64,000 nt of DNA from Acidimicrobiales bacterium. GTDB lineage: Bacteria; Actinomycetota; Acidimicrobiia; Acidimicrobiales; Palsa-688. The notes under the pieces were generated by a model. It was not told the DNA's origin. It saw nothing but the letters and a program-made list of their open reading frames with translations, and searched no databases. The translations under genes and the position numbers were made by a program. The stretch is taken from NCBI GenBank assembly GCA_035503915.1, contig DATJSU010000053.1, forward strand, positions 69,327-133,326. The letters are read 5' to 3'. This document shows, one piece after another, positions 42,606 to 50,818 of the stretch (position 1 is its first letter; each line of letters begins with the position of its first letter).

Positions 42606-43115
42606 CTAGAGGTACGCCCCGGGCATTGGCTGGTCGTCCCCTCCCGCGCGTTCGCCCCGGCCGCTTGGTAGGCCGCGCCGGATGTCTTCGAGCTGTGCCC
42701 TCTGCGCCATCTGCTGCGCGTAGAGCGTCGCTTGGATGCCGTGGAACAAACCTTCGAGCCACCCGACGAGCTGTGCCTGTGCCACACGCAGCTCCGACTG
42801 GCTCGGCACCGACTCAGGGTGAAAACTCGGCGCCATGCGGGAAAGTTCTGCTGAAAGATCGGGTGAGAGGCCATCTTGGAGCTCTCGCAGGGAAGTCTCG
42901 TAGATCTCGCGGAGGCGGATGCGGCTCGCCTCGTCCAGGGAACTTTGGCGCACTTCTTCGAGGAGCTGGCGGATCATCGAGCCGATGCGCATGAGCTTGG
43001 CCGGCTGCTCGACCGTCTCGCCGTCGTCAGCGCTGCCTACGGCCTGCTCTCGTGGGACTGGGGACGGCGGCACCACGATCAGGCGCGGCTCGGAGCCTCG
43101 AGGCGTGTTTGTCAC
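42606..43115 (-). CDS. bpa: Bacterial proteasome activator Bpa/PafE-like protein (DUF2587)
   Basis: Strong resemblance to Mtb Bpa (Rv3780) in the core (LMRIGSMIRQLLEEVR...LRVAQAQLVGWLEGLFHGIQATLYAQQMA). The C-terminus ends GAYL, versus GQYL in Bpa. Confidence 0.6.
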   Translation of the reverse strand: MTNTPRGSEPRLIVVPPSPVPREQAVGSADDGETVEQPAKLMRIGSMIRQLLEEVRQSSLDEASRIRLREIYETSLRELQDGLSPDLSAELSRMAPSFHPESVPSQSELRVAQAQLVGWLEGLFHGIQATLYAQQMAQRAQLEDIRRGLPSGRGERAGGDDQPMPGAYL

Positions 43116-43145
43116 AGGCCCATTCTGGCCCAGCCCGGCGCCGCC

Positions 43146-43391
43146 CTAGGCGAATGGCAGGAGGGCACGCGCTTCGAGCCGGCCCCTGTGCGCCGCCGCA
43201 ACGAAAAACCGAACTGGTGTGCCGAGGGCGATGTCCCTGGAACCACCGGCGATCTCCGTGCAATGGAAGGGGTACGTCAGCCCCCCCGGCACTTGGACCT
43301 CCCCGAGCCCGGCGTCGCGGTCAAAGGAGCTGACCTCCCCCGCCAACAGCTCACGGGCCGGGCCCAGCCCACCGTGAGGCACCCACGTCAC
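43146..43391 (-). CDS. Cold-shock-domain-like protein
   Basis: GEVSSFDRDAGLGEV...YPFHCTEI...GTPVRF follows the CSD pattern G.V.WF...GFGFI...VFVHFS.I...G..V.F. Its start overlaps the hisG stop by 4 nt. Confidence 0.45.
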   Translation of the reverse strand: MTWVPHGGLGPARELLAGEVSSFDRDAGLGEVQVPGGLTYPFHCTEIAGGSRDIALGTPVRFFVAAAHRGRLEARALLPFA

Positions 43392-44263
43392 GGCACGATC
43401 TTTCTTATCGGGAGCTCGATTATGTCTGAGGCTCCTGCGTCCTTTAGCTCAGGGATCAGCTTGTTGATCGCTTCGGTGGGCACGACCGTCTCGACCGCGT
43501 AGCTGCCTCCCCCGAACAGCTCAGAAACGGTCGGGCTCCGCATGGCCGGGAGGAGCGAGATGACTCTGCCCAAGTCGGAGGCCCCGACGTTGAGCTTGAC
43601 GAGCACCCGGCCGCGCGCCTGGAGGGCTCCTTGGAGGAGAGTACTGATGTCGTCCATCGCCTTTCGGCGGTCCGGGTCGGCTGCAGCCGAAGGGTTGGCA
43701 ACCAGCTCGGTGAGAGAGACAAGAACCGTGTCGATGACCCGGAGCCCGGCCGCCTTGAGCGCCCTGCCGGTCTCGGTCAGTTCCACTACCGCGTCGGCTA
43801 TCTCAGGCACCTTCGCCTCGGTCGCCCCGTAGGAGAGGACGACGTCCGCCTCGACCCCGTTGGCCGCCATGAACCTCTCCGTGAGGCGAGGGTACTCGGT
43901 AGATATCCGCACACCTTTCGGCATGTCTTTGGCGGACTGCCAAGGAGAGCCGGAGGCGACCGCAAGCACGATCCGGATCGGTTGGGCCGTGTTTTTCGAG
44001 TAGGTGAGCTCACCGAGAGAGGCGACGGTGGCGCCGGTTTCCTCTACCCAGTCGCGGCCGGTAATGCCCAAGTCGAAAAGACCGTCGGCTACGTAGCGCG
44101 GGATCTCCTGGGGCCGGAGGATCCTGACTTCGGAGATGCGGTGGTCCCTTACGCTCGCTCGGTAGTCAACGTCGGAGCTGCGGGACACCGTCAGGTCCGC
44201 GGCCTCGAACAACTCGAGGGTGGCGCGCTCCAGGGAGCCTTTAGGGAGGACGAGGCGAAGCAC
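43388..44263 (-). CDS. hisG: ATP phosphoribosyltransferase, long form
   Basis: Full-length HisG including the C-terminal regulatory domain. Confidence 0.9.
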   Translation of the reverse strand: MLRLVLPKGSLERATLELFEAADLTVSRSSDVDYRASVRDHRISEVRILRPQEIPRYVADGLFDLGITGRDWVEETGATVASLGELTYSKNTAQPIRIVLAVASGSPWQSAKDMPKGVRISTEYPRLTERFMAANGVEADVVLSYGATEAKVPEIADAVVELTETGRALKAAGLRVIDTVLVSLTELVANPSAAADPDRRKAMDDISTLLQGALQARGRVLVKLNVGASDLGRVISLLPAMRSPTVSELFGGGSYAVETVVPTEAINKLIPELKDAGASDIIELPIRKIVP

Positions 44264-44326
44264 GGGCCGTCACCTTACTGCGCGACGCCCCTCGAGCCCC
44301 AGCCGGTGGCTCCAGCAGCCCAGCCC

Positions 44327-44794
44327 TTAGTGGGGCTGCTCACCTGCCAGCACGCTTATCGCGTGCGGAAGGAGGTCGACAACGGCGGCCAGGCACTCCA
44401 GGGCACCTTTTGGTGAACCGGGGAGATTGATGACCAATGCGTGGCCCCGGGTGCCGGCGATCCCACGAGATAGCGGTGCCAAGGGGCTGGACCGGTGCAT
44501 GGCCTCGCCAAACCCAGGGGCGTGGCGGTCCAGGACCTCCGCGGTTCCTTCAGGCGTTTGGTCGCGGGGCCCGAAGCCGGTGCCGCCCGTAGTCACTACC
44601 ACCCCCACGAAAGACGCCGCCATCCTCACGAGGTCCCCTGCGACAGAGGCCGCACCGTCCGCCACCTGAGCTTCCTCTACTACCTCGAAGCCCGCGTCAC
44701 GGAGGGCTTGGGCTACCGCAGGCCCGCTCTCGTCGGTGCGCTCACCGCGCTTCACCGAGTCAGAAACTGTCAGCACCTTTGCCTGGTAGCTCAC
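44327..44794 (-). CDS. mogA: Molybdenum cofactor biosynthesis protein MogA/MoaB family
   Basis: GGTGF motif in a MoaB/MogA fold. Confidence 0.8.
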   Translation of the reverse strand: MSYQAKVLTVSDSVKRGERTDESGPAVAQALRDAGFEVVEEAQVADGAASVAGDLVRMAASFVGVVVTTGGTGFGPRDQTPEGTAEVLDRHAPGFGEAMHRSSPLAPLSRGIAGTRGHALVINLPGSPKGALECLAAVVDLLPHAISVLAGEQPH

Positions 44795-45531
44795 CAGCCC
44801 TCCGGTTGCGCCCCTGCGGTTTGCCCGGCCCCGGCCAGTGCACCATTTGCCGCCTCGCGGATCTCGCCAGCGGCTGCCACGGGGTCATCATGGCCGAAGA
44901 TGGCGCTCCCCGCAACGAGCAGGCGTGCGCCTGCACGGGCTACTGCGGGCGCCGTCATAGGGTCGATGCCCCCGTCTACCTCGAGCTCGACTCCGAGCCC
45001 GCGGGCATCCACCGCCTGACGGGCGCGTGAGATCTTCGGGACGACCTCGCCCATGAAGCTCTGGCCGCCGAAGCCTGGGTGGACGGTCATGACGAGCAAC
45101 AGGTCAACTTGGTCGAGCCACGGTTCGCAGGATTCAAAAGGAGTTTCAGGGTTGAGGGCGAGGCCCACGTCCAACCCGAGGTCGCGCATCTGTTTGATCA
45201 GGTTGCCCGTCCCACCGATCTCGACGTGGATGGTGCAGCCGTTAGCTCCCGCGTCCTTGAACGCCCCCAAGAACCGGCCGGGGTTGTCCATCATCAAGTG
45301 GCAGTCGAGGTAGAGGTCACTGTGGCGGCGGACCCACTTCACGACCGGAGGGCCAATGGTGAGGTTCGGCACGAAGTGGCCGTCCATGATGTCCACGTGA
45401 AGGACATCGGCTTGTGACCGCACCCGGTCGATGTCCTCGCCGAGCTGAGCGAAGTCCGCCGAAAGGATCGACGGCGCGACCCGCACCGCTCCGGTTGAAC
45501 TTTCACGGTTATAGGGCGAGGGCTCAGGCAT
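44791..45531 (-). CDS. rpe: Ribulose-phosphate 3-epimerase
   Basis: APSILSADF...HVDIMDGHFVPN signature. Confidence 0.9.
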   Translation of the reverse strand: MPEPSPYNRESSTGAVRVAPSILSADFAQLGEDIDRVRSQADVLHVDIMDGHFVPNLTIGPPVVKWVRRHSDLYLDCHLMMDNPGRFLGAFKDAGANGCTIHVEIGGTGNLIKQMRDLGLDVGLALNPETPFESCEPWLDQVDLLLVMTVHPGFGGQSFMGEVVPKISRARQAVDARGLGVELEVDGGIDPMTAPAVARAGARLLVAGSAIFGHDDPVAAAGEIREAANGALAGAGQTAGAQPEGW

Positions 45532-45572
45532 TGACGCCGAAGCTAGCGCCAGGAAGTGCAGTTTTCACAGGC

Positions 45573-46811
45573 TTAGCTCCGCGCACCATGTTCCTCGGTA
45601 CGTCCGAGCGCAAGCACGTACATGCCATCGGTGCCCGCAGCCTGGGGAAGGAGGCGTGCACCCCTGCCGAAAGGCTCCCATGGCGGGCCAGGTGCCCTCA
45701 CCGCTTGCCAGGCGCCGCCCGGCGGGGAGGTGGTTGTCGCACCCGCCTTGCCCACCAGCCACTCGTCGATCCCGGTCGTCTCCTCCCAAGTGAGCGTGCA
45801 GACGCTGTAGACGAGCACGCCACCCGGGCAAACCAAGCTCGCTGCTGCCGCCAACAACCTGCGCTGAAGCTGGGCCAGGCGAGGCACGTCCTCGGGCCTC
45901 GCGCGCCAACGAGCGTCTGGCCGTCTGCGCAGCACCCCAAGGCCGCTGCAGGGAGCATCGACCAGGACCCCGGCGAACGAAGCAGGCCTCAACGAGGGGA
46001 CCGTGCCGTCGGCGACCAAAACGGAGACGTCGCCGAGCCCGAGGCGCGACACATTGGCAGCGATCATCTGAGCCCTGCTGGCGGCGACATCTGCCGCAAC
46101 GACGAAACGCCCGCACCGAGCGAGCTGGGTTGCTTTGCCGCCGGGCGCAGCGCACAGGTCGAGCACAGGCCCGGCCGGCGCGTCGCTGAGGAGCTCTCCC
46201 ATGTGCTCCCCCACCCACTGGCTGGCGAGATCTTGCACATAGCCGTCGGGGCGCATGTGCACTGAGGCCGGCTCGTTCATTTGCTCGAGCGCCGCGAAGG
46301 CCTGAGCCTCTCCGAGGTCCCCGACCAGCCTCGCTACCACCCAGTTTGGGTAGCTGAGACGCGTACCCGCATCGGGCCAACGGAGCGGGCCAGCTTCGAC
46401 GAGGGCCCCTATACGGCGAAGCACGGCGTTGAGCAGCGGCTTGGCGCGGGGGGGAGATTCGGCCACGGTGGCCGATACGGCGGCGTAGGCAGGCACCCGC
46501 ATGTAGGCGAGCTGGTAGGCGCCCGTGCGAGCCGTGGCGAGGACGACAGGTTCGAGCTCGCCAGTGTGGAACTGGCCGATCAGCCAGTCACATGCGCGGA
46601 GCATGCGCAACGTGCCATAAGTGAGCTCGGTCGCAAAGGCGCGGTCACGCTGGCTCAAGCCCGATGCCGCAAGGAGCCTCGGGAGCTCGATATTGGCCCG
46701 AGCACCGTCTTCGGCAGCGAGCAATGCGCGGATCGCGACTCCCCTCGCGCTGGGCCGTGCTTGCCGGGCCGGGCGCGACCGGTCTGCGAGGTAACCGCGT
46801 TCAGGCGCCAA
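45573..46811 (-). CDS. rsmB: 16S rRNA (cytosine967-C5)-methyltransferase RsmB/Sun
   Basis: NusB-like N-terminus plus SAM MTase core (LDLCAAPGGKAT, DAPCSG). The start is uncertain. There is no canonical start near the fmt stop (46801). Candidates are CTG 46811, TTG 46727, or an upstream start that would overlap fmt by ~190 nt. Confidence 0.8.
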   Translation of the reverse strand: MAPERGYLADRSRPARQARPSARGVAIRALLAAEDGARANIELPRLLAASGLSQRDRAFATELTYGTLRMLRACDWLIGQFHTGELEPVVLATARTGAYQLAYMRVPAYAAVSATVAESPPRAKPLLNAVLRRIGALVEAGPLRWPDAGTRLSYPNWVVARLVGDLGEAQAFAALEQMNEPASVHMRPDGYVQDLASQWVGEHMGELLSDAPAGPVLDLCAAPGGKATQLARCGRFVVAADVAASRAQMIAANVSRLGLGDVSVLVADGTVPSLRPASFAGVLVDAPCSGLGVLRRRPDARWRARPEDVPRLAQLQRRLLAAAASLVCPGGVLVYSVCTLTWEETTGIDEWLVGKAGATTTSPPGGAWQAVRAPGPPWEPFGRGARLLPQAAGTDGMYVLALGRTEEHGARS

Positions 46812-47664
46812 AGCGCTCGCCCGGCTGCAGGCGCGCTCCCCTCGCCCACTCTGCCGCAGGCATCGCGGCCTTGCCCTCAGCCTGGACTTCGAGCAGCTCC
46901 AGCAACCCTCCCGCCGTCCCCACAAGTGTCCCCTGGATCTCCCCGGGCGCGATGGCTTGGGAACCCCTGACCACACGTGCGCGGTGAACAAGCAGGCGCT
47001 TTCCCCGAAATGTCGTCCAGGCCTTCCCCACCCTCACCACCCGGTTGCACACCACCCCGGTTTGAGCAAAATCGAGCCGGCGTTCCTTGGCTTCGAGCTT
47101 GGCGGCATAGCTCGGCTCGCCTACCTGCGGGACCGGTACGGGGAGGCCCTCCCCCAAGGCGGCGAGCAACATGTCGGTACCGAGCTTGGCGAGCCTTTCC
47201 CGAAGCTCGCAGGCCGTTTCGTCTGGCCCGATTGGCACTGCGCTCAGCGCGTACACCGGGCCGGTGTCCAGGCCTTCCTCCAACCTCATCAAGCACACCC
47301 CGGTCCGCTCGTCGCCGGCGAGGATCGCACGCTCGACGGGCGCTGCGCCCCGCCACCGCGGAAGGAGCGAAAAGTGCACGTTGACGAGCGTGATGTGAGC
47401 GAGCACATCGGGCTTGATGACCCGCCCATAGGCGACTACGACCCCGAGGTCAGCGCCCTTGCCGAGGACCTCGGAAGGCAGGTAGGCAACCGGCAGCCCG
47501 AGCTCTGCGGCCGCCGCTTTGAGCGGGCTCGGGCTCGTCCCCTCACCCCTCCCTCGCCGCTTGTCCGGGCGAGTGATTACGGCGCGGACTTCGTGGCCCG
47601 CTCCCACGAGCGCTCGGAGGGTCATCGCCGACACTTCTGGCGTGCCGAGGAACGCGATCTTCAC
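46801..47664 (-). CDS. fmt: Methionyl-tRNA formyltransferase
   Basis: Formyltransferase N-terminal domain with the HFSLLPRWRGAAP motif, plus C-terminal domain. Confidence 0.9.
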   Translation of the reverse strand: MKIAFLGTPEVSAMTLRALVGAGHEVRAVITRPDKRRGRGEGTSPSPLKAAAAELGLPVAYLPSEVLGKGADLGVVVAYGRVIKPDVLAHITLVNVHFSLLPRWRGAAPVERAILAGDERTGVCLMRLEEGLDTGPVYALSAVPIGPDETACELRERLAKLGTDMLLAALGEGLPVPVPQVGEPSYAAKLEAKERRLDFAQTGVVCNRVVRVGKAWTTFRGKRLLVHRARVVRGSQAIAPGEIQGTLVGTAGGLLELLEVQAEGKAAMPAAEWARGARLQPGERFGA

Positions 47665-48194
47665 GTTGTGGCTGCGTCCCTGGCGCCCTGGGGGGCGTCG
47701 GCGCGCCGGAGCCTGAGCTGCTTCATCGCTTCCTTGCGCTGTTCCACGTCCAGCTGCTCGAGCAAAAGTCGCCCGTCCAAGTGGTCGACCTCGTGTTGGA
47801 AAAGCTTGGCCTCCATGTCCTCGCCCTCGAGCGAGACTTCCCTACCGTTGAGGTCATAACCGCGGACGTGGACCTTTTTCGCGCGCTTGATCTGGAAATA
47901 GAAACCCGGCACAGAAAGACAGCCTTCTTCGTACTCCCATTCGCCTTCCCGGTGCTCGATTATCGGGTTGATAAGCTCCCGTGGCCCACTGTCGCCGATC
48001 TCGTAAACAAAAAGCCGCCTGCTGACACCTACCTGCGGGGCTGCCAGGCCGACGCCATGGGCTTCGCGCATCGCAATGTGCATCTCTTGGACCAATTGCG
48101 CAACGCGCCCGTCGATGTGGGTGACCTCGTCTGCGCGACGCTTCAATACGGGGTCACCAAAAGTCCTGATCCGGTAGGCAGCCATCCGCCACAT
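47661..48194 (-). CDS. def: Peptide deformylase
   Basis: Motifs GVGLAAPQ, EGCLS, QHEVDHLDG. Start at MWRMAAYRI (ATG 48194); the ORF track's 169 extra N-terminal residues are rejected. Confidence 0.85.
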   Translation of the reverse strand: MWRMAAYRIRTFGDPVLKRRADEVTHIDGRVAQLVQEMHIAMREAHGVGLAAPQVGVSRRLFVYEIGDSGPRELINPIIEHREGEWEYEEGCLSVPGFYFQIKRAKKVHVRGYDLNGREVSLEGEDMEAKLFQHEVDHLDGRLLLEQLDVEQRKEAMKQLRLRRADAPQGARDAATT

Positions 48195-48278
48195 ACTAAG
48201 GACAAACGCCGCGCGCAAGCCCGACCAAGCGAGCGCCCTGCACTGCCCGGGAGCTCTCCAGGTAGGCTCGGGCGCCGG

Positions 48279-48959
48279 ATGGCCGAGCACTACTTCACTG
48301 AGGAACCGTCTGGCGCGTCCCGCCCCGGGGTTGCCAGGCTCCACCTCCCGGACCTCGACCTCGAACTTGTCACCGACCGCGGTGTGTTCTCCGCAGAGAG
48401 GGTCGACCCCGGCACCCTCACGCTTCTCAAGGAGTCGCCGCGCCCGCCCGACGCCGGTCACCTCCTCGACCTCGGCTGCGGGTACGCGCCGATCGCCTGC
48501 ACGCTCGCGGCCCGGGCGCCGCTGGCGACCGTGTGGGCAGTCGACGTCAACTCGCGAGCTCTCTCGCTGGCGGCGGCGAACGCCGGCCGGCTCGGGCTGA
48601 AGAACTTGCGGGCGGTGCCCCCAGGGGAGGTCCCAGGGGACGTTGGCTTCGCCGGCATCTGGTCCAATCCCCCCATCAAAGTTGGCAAAACTGCTCTCCA
48701 CGCGTTGTTGGGCGATTGGTTGCCGCGCCTGGCGCCAAGCGCAGCAGCCTGGTTAGTGGTCAACAAGCACCTCGGGAGCGACACGCTCGCCCAGTGGCTC
48801 CGGGAGCAAGGCTGGGAGGTGCTGAGGGTGGCATCAAAATCTGGGTACCGGGTGCTGGAGGTTCGCCGGCCGGGGCCCCGGGGCAGCGAGGGTGGGGACG
48901 CCTCCGAAGCGGTCCCCTCCCCTGGTCTTGAACGGCCACGCGTGGGGCAGGTGCGATGA
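48279..48959 (+). CDS. Class I SAM-dependent methyltransferase, RsmC/MTS-like small methyltransferase
   Basis: LDLGCGYAPI SAM motif and NPP(I/F) motif typical of N-methyltransferases acting on rRNA or protein glutamine. Start at MAEHYF (ATG 48279), divergent from def. Confidence 0.65.
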   Translation: MAEHYFTEEPSGASRPGVARLHLPDLDLELVTDRGVFSAERVDPGTLTLLKESPRPPDAGHLLDLGCGYAPIACTLAARAPLATVWAVDVNSRALSLAAANAGRLGLKNLRAVPPGEVPGDVGFAGIWSNPPIKVGKTALHALLGDWLPRLAPSAAAWLVVNKHLGSDTLAQWLREQGWEVLRVASKSGYRVLEVRRPGPRGSEGGDASEAVPSPGLERPRVGQVR

Positions 48960-49495
48960 TGAAGCAGCTTGGCCAGACAGACCTCAAACGCTTGCACAGG
49001 GACTGGGCAAAACGCACTTCCGGGCGCTTGGCCCTTCTCCTTGACGGAGTGAGCTCTCCTTTCAATGTGGGCTCAATAGTGCGCACGGCGGCCGCTTTCC
49101 GCGTAGACCACCTCTACCTCGCCGGAGGTGCGTCCTCGCCGAGCTCGCCGCGCGCAGGCAAGACCGCAATGGGGACCGAACGCTACTTGTCCTGGTCCAA
49201 CTTCGAGCGGGGCGCAGACGCCGCGGACGCGGCACGCGAAGACGGCTACTCGGTTATCGCGCTCGAGCTCGCCGACCAGGCGGTCCCGCTCTTTCAGCTC
49301 TCAGTTGGGCCCGACGTCTGCCTGGCGATCGGCCATGAAGACCGGGGCCTGTCGCCCGGTGCTCTCGCTGCATGCGACGCCGTCGCTTTTATCCCCCAGC
49401 TCGGGCGCGTCGGCAGCCTGAACGTCGCTACTGCAGCGGCCATTGCAATATTTGAGCTCAGGCGCCGCGAATGGACCGGCTCCTGGCTGCAATGA
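48956..49495 (+). CDS. SpoU/TrmH family RNA 2'-O-methyltransferase (SPOUT)
   Basis: SPOUT motifs (NVGSIVRTAAAF; LAIGHEDRGLS; SLNVATAAAI). Its ATG overlaps the upstream methyltransferase stop (ATGA). Confidence 0.75.
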   Translation: MMKQLGQTDLKRLHRDWAKRTSGRLALLLDGVSSPFNVGSIVRTAAAFRVDHLYLAGGASSPSSPRAGKTAMGTERYLSWSNFERGADAADAAREDGYSVIALELADQAVPLFQLSVGPDVCLAIGHEDRGLSPGALAACDAVAFIPQLGRVGSLNVATAAAIAIFELRRREWTGSWLQ

Positions 49496-49745
49496 CGAAC
49501 AACGCGTGAACTGCCACTTGGTCGTGCCCCGCGCCCATGCCCGGGTGGTACCCCAAGAGCACGGCAGCCCGTCCTCCTGACATCCCGCCCGCCCTGTACT
49601 GCTGTAAGTTGAACTTAGGGACGCGCACAACCACGCGGTGCGAGACTTCCCAGCGTTATCGACGTCGCCTGCTACCTGAAACTGCAAGCGGTGGCTGAGG
49701 GCGTCGAGCTGTCACGCAGGCGTCCGGGCGCGAGACTAAAAACGC

Positions 49746-50807
49746 TCAAAACGTTGATGGTCTCGCGCCAGCAGCGGAGCTAAAGAAGCGGACTCCCTCC
49801 GCAAACCTGGCGACATCCTGCTCATCGGTAGCGAAATTGGTCATCCAACGGACGAGCCCTGTGCCCCAGTCCCAGAAAAACGACCAGTTCTGTAGTTCAC
49901 GGACCACCGAGCCGGGCAACCGGGCGAAGATGCTGTTGGCCTGCACGGGTTGCGTGATCTCCACCTGGGGGACTTCCGCAATGGCGTTCGCGAGGCGCTT
50001 AGCCATTTGGTTTGCCTTCGCCGCGTTGGCCAACCAGAGCTCATCGCGAAGGAGCGCGTCAAATTGAGCAGCAATGAAACGCATTTTCGAAGCCAGCTGC
50101 GTCGCCTGCTTGCGGGCAAACCTCGCTCGCAAAGCAAGGTCGGCCTGCAAAAAGACGAGCGCTTCGCCGTAAATGAGGCCGTTTTTGGTCCCTCCGAAGG
50201 TGATCACGTCCACTCCGGTACCATGGAAGAGGTCGCGGGCGGTGCACCCGAGCGCCGCCACGGCGTTCGCTATACGGGCGCCGTCGACGTAGAGCAAGAG
50301 CCCATGCGCGTGAGCGAGGGAGGCCAGATCACCCAGCTCGTCGAGGGTGTAGACGGTCCCGAGCTCTGTGCACTGGCTGATCGCGATCACCCTGGGCCTC
50401 ACGTTGTGCTCCCCGTGTGCCCCACGCAACAGTGGGAGCACAGCCTCGGGCACCAATTTGCCATCAGCCGTCGGGACGTCGATCAGCTTCGCCCCGACAA
50501 AACGCTCCGCGGCGCCACATTCGTCGACATTAATGTGCGCACCTGCTGGGCAGATTACGGCCTCGTGCGGCGCCAGCAAGCTACCCAGCGCGGCAATGTT
50601 GGCTCCCGTGCCGCCGAAGGTGAAGAGGACTTCGACGTCTTGATCGATAAGGGCCCTGAAGCGTTCCGTGGCAGCGGCGGTCCAGGGGTCCTCCCCGTAA
50701 GGGAGCGCCGAACCGACGTTGGCCGAGATGAGCGCCTCCATGACGGCTGGGTGCGCACCTGCCGTATTGTCGCTCGCGAAACTATGAAAAGGGGGTGGTG
50801 GCGTCAC
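49746..50807 (-). CDS. ltaE: Low-specificity L-threonine aldolase (PLP-dependent, beta-eliminating lyase family)
   Basis: FASDNTAG...GGTKNG PLP-lysine region and full-length LtaE similarity. Confidence 0.8.
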   Translation of the reverse strand: MTPPPPFHSFASDNTAGAHPAVMEALISANVGSALPYGEDPWTAAATERFRALIDQDVEVLFTFGGTGANIAALGSLLAPHEAVICPAGAHINVDECGAAERFVGAKLIDVPTADGKLVPEAVLPLLRGAHGEHNVRPRVIAISQCTELGTVYTLDELGDLASLAHAHGLLLYVDGARIANAVAALGCTARDLFHGTGVDVITFGGTKNGLIYGEALVFLQADLALRARFARKQATQLASKMRFIAAQFDALLRDELWLANAAKANQMAKRLANAIAEVPQVEITQPVQANSIFARLPGSVVRELQNWSFFWDWGTGLVRWMTNFATDEQDVARFAEGVRFFSSAAGARPSTF

Positions 50808-50818
50808 GAGAACGCACC

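Noticed and set aside
47781-48278. N-terminal 166 aa of the ORF track's 392 aa ORF 47781..48959.
   Set aside because: This part is antisense to def and has no methyltransferase similarity. Homology begins at MAEHYF (48279), which has an ATG.
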